A stretch of DNA of 64,000 nt. It comes from Clostridia bacterium. Lineage in GTDB: Bacteria; Bacillota; Clostridia; UBA1212; DUPL01. The notes under the pieces are model-generated. The model did no database searches. It saw only the letters and a list, made by a program, of their open reading frames with translations, and was not told the origin of the DNA. A program made the position numbers and the translations under genes. The DNA lies in assembly GCA_050951325.1 (NCBI GenBank), contig JBMNIW010000011.1, positions 64,001 through 128,000 on the forward strand. The letters are read 5' to 3'. Below, piece by piece: positions 19,385 through 29,455 of this stretch; position 1 is the stretch's first letter; each line of letters starts with the position of its first letter.

Positions 19385-20455
19385 TCACCACCCTGGAATC
19401 TCTTTTGTCTGCACCAATCCTTTGAATCCACCTTCCCTTTTAACATCCGCTTCAGCCGTTGAACGTTTCAGCTCAATTATGAACAGCCCCTTGTCCACCG
19501 TGTTCTTATATATCTTCTCCATGTCGTTGTAATGGGGTTGGGAAAGATTTATTCCGTAAAGCTTAGGTATGGTACTCATGTATTCTATGTAATGATCGCC
19601 TTTTCCACAGAAGTGTACAATTCCTCCGTCATAATAGTCAAGGATTTTTGCATCATAAGGCATTGCAAACTCCTTGTAAAACTCCCCGGATATATTCATT
19701 GCACTGTCATTTCTAAGAAGAACCTTTCCCTTGAACATACAGGTCCAGTGAGCGTTGATGTTATCTTCGTAATGGTACATTTCAAACCACTTGTCCATAA
19801 ACCTTATATACGTGTCCGTTATTAGTGACAGCATATCATGAACCAACTCTTCATCATCATACATTGCATAAAACATCCCGCCTCCCCATAGAAGCTCGCA
19901 TATATCAAGAGGTCCTTGCAAGTCAGGATGATAGACATGCACGTACTTGGATATCTTGGGATAGTCCTTCATAACTTCCTTGTATACTTCTCCCATCTCA
20001 AACACTTTATGTCCGAACCCGCTTTTTAAATCAGGCACTCCTTTTTCAACTATCTCCCTGATTTTCATAGTATCATTGATTGCACGCGTAGTCGGAAGTG
20101 TTTTCATTTCATATGGCATGACAAATACTTCTGCTCCAAACAGCGATGACAAAATACCGGTTCCGTAGTTTGCACGAACACAAAGCACATTGTATGGAGT
20201 TCCAAGATTCAATGAGACATTGTTAAACTCATACTGAAGCATTAGATCATGGTCGTTTATCGCATCATTAATATTCACTCCCAGAATATCCATCTTCGGT
20301 TTTGAGACCTTTTTTCTTCTCGGGTAGAAAATCTCATCCTTGCATTGACCGTTATAGAATTTACGCCACTGGTTTAAAAAATCTTCCTCAACCTCCACAT
20401 CGATTCTCTCCTCGATGTCATTCAAAAGCCTTCTTGTGTAATCGCTTATCTTCAT
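19385..20455 (-). CDS. Uroporphyrinogen decarboxylase/MtaA-CmuA superfamily (URO-D-like) protein
   Basis: DLQGPLD...L.GG.MFY.MYD..E.VH and HFCGKGDH (HxC) motifs. Confidence 0.7.
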   Translation of the reverse strand: MKISDYTRRLLNDIEERIDVEVEEDFLNQWRKFYNGQCKDEIFYPRRKKVSKPKMDILGVNINDAINDHDLMLQYEFNNVSLNLGTPYNVLCVRANYGTGILSSLFGAEVFVMPYEMKTLPTTRAINDTMKIREIVEKGVPDLKSGFGHKVFEMGEVYKEVMKDYPKISKYVHVYHPDLQGPLDICELLWGGGMFYAMYDDEELVHDMLSLITDTYIRFMDKWFEMYHYEDNINAHWTCMFKGKVLLRNDSAMNISGEFYKEFAMPYDAKILDYYDGGIVHFCGKGDHYIEYMSTIPKLYGINLSQPHYNDMEKIYKNTVDKGLFIIELKRSTAEADVKREGGFKGLVQTKEIPGW

Positions 20456-20613
20456 TCTTTCACCTCAAATAACTACTTGCGTTAAATTCTAGTACACATT
20501 TTAAACAATATCAACACACACCACAAAAAAAGTATGTATTTTGGATAATTTGCTTACTATATTTCACTCTCTCAATGAAGTATAATATCAAAAAAAGTAT
20601 AAGGGAGAGCGTG

Positions 20614-22302
20614 ATGACAAGAAAAACAGTGAACAACATCGTAGCCATCGATGACTTTGGGCGAACCATCGGCCCAATAAACGGAGTCAAAAAGGACAAA
20701 TACGTCGGACTCTTTTACTTTGCATGGCACGGGCAGTTCGGCACTCAAAGAAAAGTTTATGATGTGACTAAAATCATGAGGGACCACCCCGACCAGCTTT
20801 TCACCACCGACGAAAACAGCCCCATTGCCCCATTGTACAACAACTACTACTTTAACGAACCACTGTACGGATACTACAACGCAGCAGATCCGTACGTTAT
20901 TAGAAAACATATTGAGCTGTTCATAGCTTCTGACGTAGACTTCATAGCCTACGACTTTACAAACTCAAAAATTTTCTGGCAGCCGCTTTATACAATGCTT
21001 GAGCTTCTTGATGAATATTATCAAAAGGGTTGGAGTGTTCCAAAAGTAACATTTTTTACAAAGCGAAAATGCGATATTCTCATATCCGATTTGTATAAAA
21101 ACATCTATATAAAAAACCTCTACCCGCATTTGTGGTTTACCGGCAGCGGCACCAAGCCATACATAATTGCAGTAAAGGAGGATGTACCTGAAGATATCAG
21201 GGATTTTTTCAACATAAGATACCCGCAGTGGCCGGAGGAAGAGTTCAGACCCGATGGTTTTCCGTATGTTGAGAAAGTAAGACCGCAAAGACTCTATACA
21301 AATCTTGTAAACGTGTCCGTTGCCCAGCATACAGGCGGGGCTTTCAGCTGGTCGTTGGAAGGTCCGCATGGAATCAAAAGAATTAGCTGGGGGCGCGGAT
21401 ATACTGTAAAAAGGCCTGAAAACGGTAACATAGAGGCAATTGCTCGCGGAGACAACTTCCAGGAACAATGGGACCATGCTATTTCCATTGACCCTGAAAT
21501 AGTGTTTGTTACCGGATGGAATGAATGGATAGCAGGCAAATGGTACAAACCACATTTGCAATCTTACGGAAATATCCCCTACTGGGTGGATTCATTCAAC
21601 ACCGAGTTTTCCAGGGACATTGAGATGACAAGGGCAAGAGGTTATGTGAAAAACGAACAAGGCAAGTTTGTAGAGGAAGGATATGGCGACAACTTTTACC
21701 TACAGCTGATACAGAATGTAAGGAAGTATAAAGGCATACATGAAGGAATCATTCATGCATCCTCTAATGTTGAAAACGTATATTTGAACGTATCAACAAA
21801 AAAGATAGAAAGGAATTTTTCTGATTTCACATGTGTAAACCACTACAAATTGGCAAAGCCTGTGAACCATATAACAGAAATTAGGGTTACGGATGACAAG
21901 GAGAACATATACTTCTACATAAAGACGGAAAAAGATACGGTTTTGATAAAGCACGAAAAGTCAAATTTGATGAATTTGTATTTCGGTTTTGACATGAAGG
22001 AAAAAGACTCATTCCACAGCTACAAATATGTGGCAAACCGATATGTGGGGGATAAAACCACTTCCATAGAAAAGTATGAAAATGGATTTGTAAAATATTC
22101 CGAGGCCGAATACAGACTGGACAAAAACATTATGCAGATAAAACTACCAAAGAACCTGTTTGATGTTGAAGCCGATTTCGACATGCATTTCAAGGTGGCG
22201 GACAGTGTAGAAAAGGAAGACGATATTCTCGACTACTACGTCTCGGGAGATTCGGTACCATTGGGCAGATTGTCCTATTTGTACTCAAGAAAAAAACAGT
22301 AA
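20614..22302 (+). CDS. GH99/GH71-like putative glycoside hydrolase, no signal peptide
   Basis: DDFGR, YVGLFYFAWHG, EPLYGYY, FVTGWNEW, FSRDIEM, GDNFY; probable start GTG/ATG at 20611/20614 after GGGAG. Confidence 0.7.
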   Translation: MTRKTVNNIVAIDDFGRTIGPINGVKKDKYVGLFYFAWHGQFGTQRKVYDVTKIMRDHPDQLFTTDENSPIAPLYNNYYFNEPLYGYYNAADPYVIRKHIELFIASDVDFIAYDFTNSKIFWQPLYTMLELLDEYYQKGWSVPKVTFFTKRKCDILISDLYKNIYIKNLYPHLWFTGSGTKPYIIAVKEDVPEDIRDFFNIRYPQWPEEEFRPDGFPYVEKVRPQRLYTNLVNVSVAQHTGGAFSWSLEGPHGIKRISWGRGYTVKRPENGNIEAIARGDNFQEQWDHAISIDPEIVFVTGWNEWIAGKWYKPHLQSYGNIPYWVDSFNTEFSRDIEMTRARGYVKNEQGKFVEEGYGDNFYLQLIQNVRKYKGIHEGIIHASSNVENVYLNVSTKKIERNFSDFTCVNHYKLAKPVNHITEIRVTDDKENIYFYIKTEKDTVLIKHEKSNLMNLYFGFDMKEKDSFHSYKYVANRYVGDKTTSIEKYENGFVKYSEAEYRLDKNIMQIKLPKNLFDVEADFDMHFKVADSVEKEDDILDYYVSGDSVPLGRLSYLYSRKKQ

Positions 22303-22318
22303 CGGAAAGAGGTATGGT

Positions 22319-24274
22319 ATGATGAAACATTTTCTCTCATTAATATTAACAATTCTCTTAGTATTAACTGTGTTGTTTGCACAGGTTTCCAGTGTAGGAA
22401 ACTCGAACAATGCAAACAAATTATCGGTAACATACATTACAGGAACCGATGCTTTGGGAAGAAAAATCAAACCAGTAGCTGATTTCAGAGAGGACAGGTT
22501 TGTCGGAATCTTCTACTTTGCCTGGCATAACTCAGACCAGCATAAAGTGTTTGACGTAACGAAAATTCTTAGGGAAAACCCGGATGATTTGTGGAGCATG
22601 GATCCTAGAAACACCGTAGCTCCCAGAGCAAACTACTATTTCAATGAGCCCTTGTACGGCTACTACAGCTCATCCGACCCTTACGTAATCAGAAAGCATA
22701 TTGAGCTTTTCATAGCAGCTGGCATTGATTTTATCGCCTATGACTTTACAAACTTCAAAATTTACTGGGATCCGTTGTACAGAATGCTGGATCTGCTAAT
22801 TGAATACGACAATGCCGGCTGGAAGGTTCCACAGGTTATGTTCTTTACAAAGAAAGACTGCGCAAATCAGATCCCACAGTTGTATGAAAAACTGTATATG
22901 GAAGAGAAATACTCCCATCTTTGGTTTAGAGGCAGTGGCAGCAAACCCTATCTGATAGGAGAACCAAAAGACATACCTGAGGAATATCACGACTACTTCA
23001 ATCTAAGGTACTCCTTCTGGCCTTCCGATCCATACAGAGAGGACGGCTGGCCTTATGTGGACAAGGTACGACCGCAAAGGGTGTTTACAAACCTTGTCAG
23101 CGTATCTGTAGCCCAGCATACAGGAGGTGCCTTCAGCTGGTCAATAAAAGGACCGAACAACCAGCAAAGACCGAGTTGGGGAAGAGGATATACGCTTGGC
23201 AACCCTACCAATGGAGATCCGGAAGCAATTGTTCGGGGAGACAACTTCCAGGAGCAGTGGGATACAGCTATAGAGTTGGATCCGGAAATCATTTTCGTTA
23301 CTGGTTGGAACGAATGGATTGCAGGCAAGTTCATCGACGAGGATCCGAAATACGGCGGCGTCCCCTACTGGGTGGATACCTTCAATACCGAATTCTCAAG
23401 AGATGCGGAGATGACCAAATCAAGAGGGTATGTGGTGGATGAGAAAGGCAACTTCCTTGAAGAGGGTTACGGCGACAACTTCTACATGCAGATGGTTGAA
23501 AATATTAGAAGGTACAAAGGCTTACCCATTACCGAATCAAATTATGTGGAACCTTTGTCAAAAACAATAGACATCTTTGGCGATGTTTCTCAATGGAATG
23601 ATGTCAATAGAGTCTACTTAAGCCACGCTACTGAGAAGGTTGAAAGGGATTTTAGAGGATATGTAGCAAGGATGAAGTACACTCAGGCAAAACCTGAAAA
23701 CGTTGTAAAGGAAATACGCGTAACTCACGATAATGATAATTTGTACTTCTATATAAAGACTGAAAACGACATTACTGATTACGAGGGCGGAAAAACCAAC
23801 TGGATGAATCTTTTTATTGGTATTGATGGCAGGAAGGGCAATTCCTGGGAGCACTACCACTACGTTGTAAACAGGCACCCTCAAGAGAAGAGCACTTCCT
23901 TGGAAAAGTTCACAAACGGTTACGAAGGCGAGGTTGTTTCCGAAGTTAAATACAGTGTTAAAGGTAATGTTATGCAGCTGGAGATACCAAGGAAAAACCT
24001 GGGCCTTGATGACGACTTCTCCATCTATTTCAAGGTTGCAGATTCCATCGAGAAAGAAGACGACATTATGGACTATTACGTTTCCGGAGAATCCGTGCCT
24101 TTAGGAAGACTCTCTTTCAGTTATTTCGGCAGTCTGGAAGCTGTGAAAAATTTGGATGAGGAACCCGCAAGTTCTCCCCAAATACTTAAGTGGATTATTC
24201 TTATTGCTTGCACGATTATTATTTGCGCTTGTATTTTAATCCTTGGATTGGGAACAAAGAAACAAAAATTGTAA
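22319..24274 (+). CDS. GH99/GH71-like putative glycoside hydrolase, secreted with C-terminal TM anchor
   Basis: Same motif set as 20614; signal peptide; C-terminal hydrophobic helix and KKQK tail. Confidence 0.7.
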   Translation: MMKHFLSLILTILLVLTVLFAQVSSVGNSNNANKLSVTYITGTDALGRKIKPVADFREDRFVGIFYFAWHNSDQHKVFDVTKILRENPDDLWSMDPRNTVAPRANYYFNEPLYGYYSSSDPYVIRKHIELFIAAGIDFIAYDFTNFKIYWDPLYRMLDLLIEYDNAGWKVPQVMFFTKKDCANQIPQLYEKLYMEEKYSHLWFRGSGSKPYLIGEPKDIPEEYHDYFNLRYSFWPSDPYREDGWPYVDKVRPQRVFTNLVSVSVAQHTGGAFSWSIKGPNNQQRPSWGRGYTLGNPTNGDPEAIVRGDNFQEQWDTAIELDPEIIFVTGWNEWIAGKFIDEDPKYGGVPYWVDTFNTEFSRDAEMTKSRGYVVDEKGNFLEEGYGDNFYMQMVENIRRYKGLPITESNYVEPLSKTIDIFGDVSQWNDVNRVYLSHATEKVERDFRGYVARMKYTQAKPENVVKEIRVTHDNDNLYFYIKTENDITDYEGGKTNWMNLFIGIDGRKGNSWEHYHYVVNRHPQEKSTSLEKFTNGYEGEVVSEVKYSVKGNVMQLEIPRKNLGLDDDFSIYFKVADSIEKEDDIMDYYVSGESVPLGRLSFSYFGSLEAVKNLDEEPASSPQILKWIILIACTIIICACILILGLGTKKQKL

Positions 24275-24286
24275 GGAGATGATGGT

Positions 24287-25135
24287 ATGAAAAAGATTTT
24301 TCTTGTTTTACTAGCTACATTAATATTTGCCATGTCTTTTTCTGTACATGGTGAAGAAGAAAGAGTAAATCTCATAAACGAGCATACGGAGACCCTTGAA
24401 ATGATTGATGCAGAGTTTGACGACGGGGTATTTAGAATAACGAACCCCAACAAACCAGTTCTGGCACTTTTTGGAATCCCAGGTCTGACAAACAACTATA
24501 CTTGGTCAGGAGACGTCAAAATCATTGAGTATGGTGATGATAGAACTCCAAATGGAGTGAGACTCTGCGTAGGATACGATGTTGATACAGGAGCGTATCT
24601 TAACCTTATCATCACCCGAAGCATAGGCATTGCAGCTGAAGTTCGCGGAGGAGGAACTTATATTCCCGATGTATATAAGCTTACAAAGGAACATTTTGAC
24701 AGGATACTTGACCCAGGCGCCGAGTTCCACTTTGAAGTTATTAAAAATGGTACTCATGTTATCCTGAAGATTGACGGAGATGTGGTAATGGATTATGTCT
24801 TCCCAGAAGAGTATGACTACTTCACAGAAGACGATGACTACCAGATTGGATTTCATGCGGAAAAGTGTGCCATTGAGGTTAGAAACCTGGCAGTTTACTG
24901 CGAGGATGTGGAGATTACACCAGAACCTACGGAAACTCCAGTTCCTGAGGAAACTGAAACTCCAACCCCAACCGAAGCACCAAAAACGACACCAACTCCA
25001 AAGAAAGGAAAACCAGCTACGGAATCAGATAAAGGAAATGAAGTTGATCCATTTATAATTGCAGTGATTGTCGCAACACTTGTTATAATTTCCGTTACTG
25101 TGGCCGTGGTGGTTATTAGAAGGAAAAAGAACTAA
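24287..25135 (+). CDS. Secreted concanavalin-A-like (DUF1080-like) domain protein with PT linker and TM anchor
   Basis: Signal peptide; FHFEVIKNGTHVILKIDG..V and IGFHAE..IEVRNL beta-sandwich pattern; RRKKN tail. Confidence 0.6.
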   Translation: MKKIFLVLLATLIFAMSFSVHGEEERVNLINEHTETLEMIDAEFDDGVFRITNPNKPVLALFGIPGLTNNYTWSGDVKIIEYGDDRTPNGVRLCVGYDVDTGAYLNLIITRSIGIAAEVRGGGTYIPDVYKLTKEHFDRILDPGAEFHFEVIKNGTHVILKIDGDVVMDYVFPEEYDYFTEDDDYQIGFHAEKCAIEVRNLAVYCEDVEITPEPTETPVPEETETPTPTEAPKTTPTPKKGKPATESDKGNEVDPFIIAVIVATLVIISVTVAVVVIRRKKN

Positions 25136-25256
25136 ATGAGCACTAGATGTTAAAAATAGTATAACTTTTGGTTAATTTATATACTACTTTTTACAACCTG
25201 ATTTATCTATAATATTTATAGAGACAAGTTGTAGATTAATAAATGGGAGGATTAAA

Positions 25257-26825
25257 ATGAGAAACTCTTTAATTAAAATCTTGGTAATCAGTTTAATTCT
25301 GTGCCTTGTTATTCCCACACTGCCAACAGGCGCACAAGAAAAAAAGAATCTGGTAACTGACAGCACTACTCTCATAGGTAGTGAAAATGGAACCTTTGAG
25401 GATGGCGTGTTCAAGCACACCAACCCAAGCGGCGAGCACATGACATTTCTCAATATCCCAAATCTGATTAACCAGTATTCTTGGTCAGGAGATGTTAAAA
25501 TCCTAGAATACGGCACCGACTCCCCAGCAAACGGAGTAAGGTTCTGTATCGGACATGACAAAGACAAGAATGCCTATCTCAACCTGATACTTACCCGCAG
25601 CGTAGGTATTTCTGCAGAGAAAAGAGGCGCAGTTTATGAGAGCGACGTTTATCCTCTTTCCAAGGAAAGCTTCGACAGAGCGCTTGAACCGGGTGACGAA
25701 TTCCATTTTGAAATCAGGAAACAGGGTAATTATGTAATGATGCTTGTTGACGGAGAAGTTGTTATGGATACAGCATTCCCAAGCAGATACGACTTCTTTA
25801 CCCCTGGCAACGAGGCAAACATAGGATTCTACAGCGCAAACTGCTCTTTTGAAGTTAGAAACATTGAAGTATATAACGAACCTGATCTTCTGTTCAGCAA
25901 TCAGTACACTTTGACATTCAATGATCTGGCACTGGGCGAACTGGCAAGAGGCAGATATGACAACTGGTTTATTGAATGGCCTTCAAGCAATATTTCCTCG
26001 GTTGGAGAAAGCGGCGACCTGAAATATCTTGAGGTTAAAGGATACTTCCAGACAGTATTTGCTTATCCTGTGGCGGAAAAGTACACAGTGGACATGAAAA
26101 TGCTTGCTACAAACCTTTCATCAAATGCTGGTTTGTTTATAAGGTCAAGCCATGACAGATTCCTTGCAAACAGCAAGAGTGCACCTAATGCCGAATACTT
26201 TGAAGCTGATGGTGCAGGCTCAATTGGCGGAACTGGTCTTTTCCTGAAACCATTGCATGATAAAAATGTTATGCAAATCGTTATAAAACAATACGACGAA
26301 TCTGCCGCCAAGAAAATAGCGGCCCCGGCTGTAACAATAGATATCTCCAGCATCATGGGAGAAAACGACCAGACAACCGCAATTACAAATATTCGTTTTG
26401 CTGACGAAGGTTCAGTTATAAAGGCTTATGTAAACGACACCCTGATTGCTACTATTGAGCTTTCAAGCGAAACAATTACATATCCTGATTTCGACCAGAT
26501 AGCAAATTTTGGCAAGAGCACCGAAACATATGTAAAGACAGCCACAGTCAAGGACGCCAACGGTGAAGTATTGCTTACCATAAACAATACCCTTGTTTGT
26601 GCTGAATACAGCATTATGGGATTTGCTACAAGAAATCAAAGCCAGGATCATCCTCTTTTCATAGATGACTTGAATGTGGAAATCGACATGGTAAAATTGG
26701 ATGTTCCACAGGAACCTGAAACAGAAGAACCAATTCCTGAAACAGGGGATGTGTTTGCTCTTTTCCCAATGATTACATTACTTGGACTTGCTGCGGTTCC
26801 TGCAAAGATTAGAAAGAAGAAATAA
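25257..26825 (+). CDS. Secreted two-domain ConA-like protein with sortase-type anchor (IPETG)
   Basis: N-domain paralogous to 24287; C-terminal IPETGD, hydrophobic helix and KIRKKK. Confidence 0.65.
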   Translation: MRNSLIKILVISLILCLVIPTLPTGAQEKKNLVTDSTTLIGSENGTFEDGVFKHTNPSGEHMTFLNIPNLINQYSWSGDVKILEYGTDSPANGVRFCIGHDKDKNAYLNLILTRSVGISAEKRGAVYESDVYPLSKESFDRALEPGDEFHFEIRKQGNYVMMLVDGEVVMDTAFPSRYDFFTPGNEANIGFYSANCSFEVRNIEVYNEPDLLFSNQYTLTFNDLALGELARGRYDNWFIEWPSSNISSVGESGDLKYLEVKGYFQTVFAYPVAEKYTVDMKMLATNLSSNAGLFIRSSHDRFLANSKSAPNAEYFEADGAGSIGGTGLFLKPLHDKNVMQIVIKQYDESAAKKIAAPAVTIDISSIMGENDQTTAITNIRFADEGSVIKAYVNDTLIATIELSSETITYPDFDQIANFGKSTETYVKTATVKDANGEVLLTINNTLVCAEYSIMGFATRNQSQDHPLFIDDLNVEIDMVKLDVPQEPETEEPIPETGDVFALFPMITLLGLAAVPAKIRKKK

Positions 26826-26844
26826 TTGCTGACTAACTAGAATA

Positions 26845-26877
26845 AGGCCCCGACATTTTGTCAGGGCCTGATTTTTA
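26845..26877. terminator. Hairpin terminator between convergent genes
   Basis: AGGCCCCGACA-ttt-TGTCAGGGCCT followed by a T run. Confidence 0.7.
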
Positions 26878-26881
26878 TACT

Positions 26882-27772
26882 CTATTTCAAAAAGGACTCT
26901 TGAAAAACTGGCTGAAAGTATAGCATTGCGCCGTTCTCGCCTATTGCCTCCACCCTTACATACTTCTCACCAGTCAAGTTATACACTCCTTCTTTTCCAA
27001 ACTGCACATCCAGAACTTTTCCATTCTCGCTTATGAATCGGTAAGTAAACTCATCCACATAAGTTGCAATGGGATATCTTGCCTTTACTCTTATGATGTT
27101 GTCCTCCAGATGGAGATACTCGGGATACAAACCACTGGATGCACAAAAGCTTCCCTTGTCTATGGATTCTTTTAATGCCCTAAAACTTGGTTCCTTTGCA
27201 AAAATTACGTTAAAGCTTCTTCCTGCATCAGGGATTGCATGAAAGTCATCATTTCCAAAACCATATACCAGTCTGCCATTTGAGAGTAAATAATCCCAGG
27301 CATCTGCTGCAAGGCCTGAACCTGACAAGCGATAAATGAGCATGTTTAAAACCTCAATGCCCTTGTAGCCTTGCAGGCTCATCATTTTATCATGACTCCA
27401 GTACCCTTTTCTTCCCCAGTTTGGGTGACACAGTACCGTAAATCCTCCTATTTCGTTTGTAATATCTATTGCGGTTTGATGAACACTTTCATGCAGGGAT
27501 CTATCAACACCAATTGTGAGCATGTGCTCGGATCTTGAATATTCAACACCAGGAATCATTAAAATCCTGTCATCCGTATACTCGCTTGTATCTGTAAATA
27601 AATCATGGTTTGAAATACATAAGACATCATATTTCAAATGCTTGTATGTATTTACAACCACATCGATGGGATTGGCTCCGCATGTGCCAGGACCTGTACC
27701 TGCATGGGTGTGGAAATTGGCTTTCATCCATTTGCCGTCCGTCAAATTCTCGTATGGATTTACATATTCCAT
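26882..27772 (-). CDS. PHP-domain metallohydrolase (CehA/McbA-like)
   Basis: KANFHTH, SNHD, PGVEY, CHPNW, GIEV, GNDDFH; start MEYVNPY. Confidence 0.85.
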   Translation of the reverse strand: MEYVNPYENLTDGKWMKANFHTHAGTGPGTCGANPIDVVVNTYKHLKYDVLCISNHDLFTDTSEYTDDRILMIPGVEYSRSEHMLTIGVDRSLHESVHQTAIDITNEIGGFTVLCHPNWGRKGYWSHDKMMSLQGYKGIEVLNMLIYRLSGSGLAADAWDYLLSNGRLVYGFGNDDFHAIPDAGRSFNVIFAKEPSFRALKESIDKGSFCASSGLYPEYLHLEDNIIRVKARYPIATYVDEFTYRFISENGKVLDVQFGKEGVYNLTGEKYVRVEAIGENGAMLYFQPVFQESFLK

Positions 27773-27915
27773 ATCTACCAGTCCTTTCAATTCACAACTT
27801 AACAACACCGATATAATATACACATCATATCGATTTGTCCATGAGATTTTAAAAAGTAAATAAAAAAACCAGTAATAATGTTGAAAATACATATTTTCAT
27901 TTTGTTTCTTTATAA

Positions 27916-28062
27916 GCCAATTTTGACAATGTTATTCTGACAATCGAAAAAGAAGATGCACCACAGAATCCTGAGACAAGCGATGCAATTAGCGTTATGG
28001 CATTCGTAATTTTAATGGCTTTCATATCTATTCTGATTAAGAGAAGATTTGCTTATAACTAA
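27916..28062 (+). pseudogene. Start-less 3' remnant of a sortase-anchored surface protein gene
   Basis: Frame reads ANFDNVILTIEKEDAPQNPETSDAISVMAFVILMAFISILIKRRFAYN*; in-frame TAA immediately upstream; no credible start or RBS. Confidence 0.6.
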
Positions 28063-28091
28063 AAAACGAGGCGTTTCGCCTCATTTTTTTC
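28061..28091. terminator. Bidirectional terminator
   Basis: AAAAAA-C-GAGGCG-ttt-CGCCTC-A-TTTTTTT. Confidence 0.75.
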
Positions 28092-28093
28092 AA

Positions 28094-28582
28094 CTAATTT
28101 GAGTTATTGTTGTTATCATGGAATATCTGGTCAAGAACAATTACAAGAGCCAGCATTAGCACTTGGTCTTCACCATCGTCAACATATACCTTGTAGCTAT
28201 CCGTCCATGAGAAGAACTTCTTTGATACTGATGCCACAATACTTCCATTCTTCCTTACATTGAAATCGTAGGCAAACACATTACCGTCCACATCAAATCT
28301 ACCCAAATCGCTCTCAATGTACAACTTGGGTCTGAAGAAGGAAAACTCTTTCTTTACCATTGCAACATGAGCATTGTTCATATATATGTGATACTCCGGA
28401 AGGAATCTGAATATTCTCTGTTCAATGTATACAAGTTCCCTGTTCTGTAAATCCAATATTCTCAATTTGTTCCCTATTGCAAATATCTTGCCCTGCACAT
28501 AATACATGTCATTGTCATTTATGTCTTTTATCGTAAACCTGTCGCCAATGGAAAAAATCTTCTGTCTTATCTTGTACTCCAC
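28094..28582 (-). CDS. LURP-one/Tubby C2-like (YxjI-like) protein
   Basis: IRQKIFSIGDRFTIKD, VQGKIF, KKFFSWTDSY. Confidence 0.85.
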   Translation of the reverse strand: MEYKIRQKIFSIGDRFTIKDINDNDMYYVQGKIFAIGNKLRILDLQNRELVYIEQRIFRFLPEYHIYMNNAHVAMVKKEFSFFRPKLYIESDLGRFDVDGNVFAYDFNVRKNGSIVASVSKKFFSWTDSYKVYVDDGEDQVLMLALVIVLDQIFHDNNNNSN

Positions 28583-28594
28583 TTAACACACCTC

Positions 28595-29455
28595 CTATCT
28601 TTTGCTACCCTTTAATGGATTTATCCTTTTCATACTTGTCAATAACGAAAAAGAGGAAAGAACAAATAAAAAGATTACATTCACAATTACCAACGTATAC
28701 AATTGATACGAAGTTACAGCAAAAATGTTTGATCCTGTGGAGCCCTGCAATGCAAGGGACATTGCTCCCAAAAAGGCTATGAAGGGATTAAAGTAGAAGG
28801 CCTTTGCAAAATCCGGGTAAACGCCTCTCTGACTTAAAAAGAACAGCTCTGCATAACCGATTACCAATGACAATATGAAAATTAGGAATATGGTCAAATA
28901 AGCCATGATAGAGCTGGTGACCGTTCTTTTAAATACCGTTGAGTAAAACAGACCAATGCTTCCTGCAGTCAGGGATACCAGAAAATAATACAGCATGACT
29001 GTAACAACCGCCATGGGGTTTACACCTCCGAACAGAAATGCGATGCTGTACAAAGGAATGGATGCTACAAACATCAATAGTATCCACAGAAGAGAAGATA
29101 CGAGCTTGCCAATCACAATCTTGGCAGGGCTCATCTGAGTACATAGAAGAAGATCCAATGTCTGCTTTTCTCTTTCCGAGGAAATTGCACCAGCCGTTGA
29201 TGCGGGCGCAACCAGAACAATTATGAAGAACTGCACAATTGAAAGTGTGTAGAAAATGACAAGACCCACCTCGCTGTAATCTGCAGAGCTATATCCATAG
29301 CGCATCGTACTCAAAGCCATGGATGCGAATATTAACAGAAAAATAACCAGAATGAAGATGTAGACAAGTAGAGCTATGGGTGACCTCCAGCTTCTCATCC
29401 TGATTTTCATTTCTGAAGATATTATGGGATTATTCACTTTAATTTTAATTTTCAT
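28595..29455 (-). CDS. ABC-2 type exporter permease
   Basis: AGAISSEREKQTLDLLL..MSP.KIV.GK motif; multiple TM helices. Confidence 0.9.
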   Translation of the reverse strand: MKIKIKVNNPIISSEMKIRMRSWRSPIALLVYIFILVIFLLIFASMALSTMRYGYSSADYSEVGLVIFYTLSIVQFFIIVLVAPASTAGAISSEREKQTLDLLLCTQMSPAKIVIGKLVSSLLWILLMFVASIPLYSIAFLFGGVNPMAVVTVMLYYFLVSLTAGSIGLFYSTVFKRTVTSSIMAYLTIFLIFILSLVIGYAELFFLSQRGVYPDFAKAFYFNPFIAFLGAMSLALQGSTGSNIFAVTSYQLYTLVIVNVIFLFVLSSFSLLTSMKRINPLKGSKR

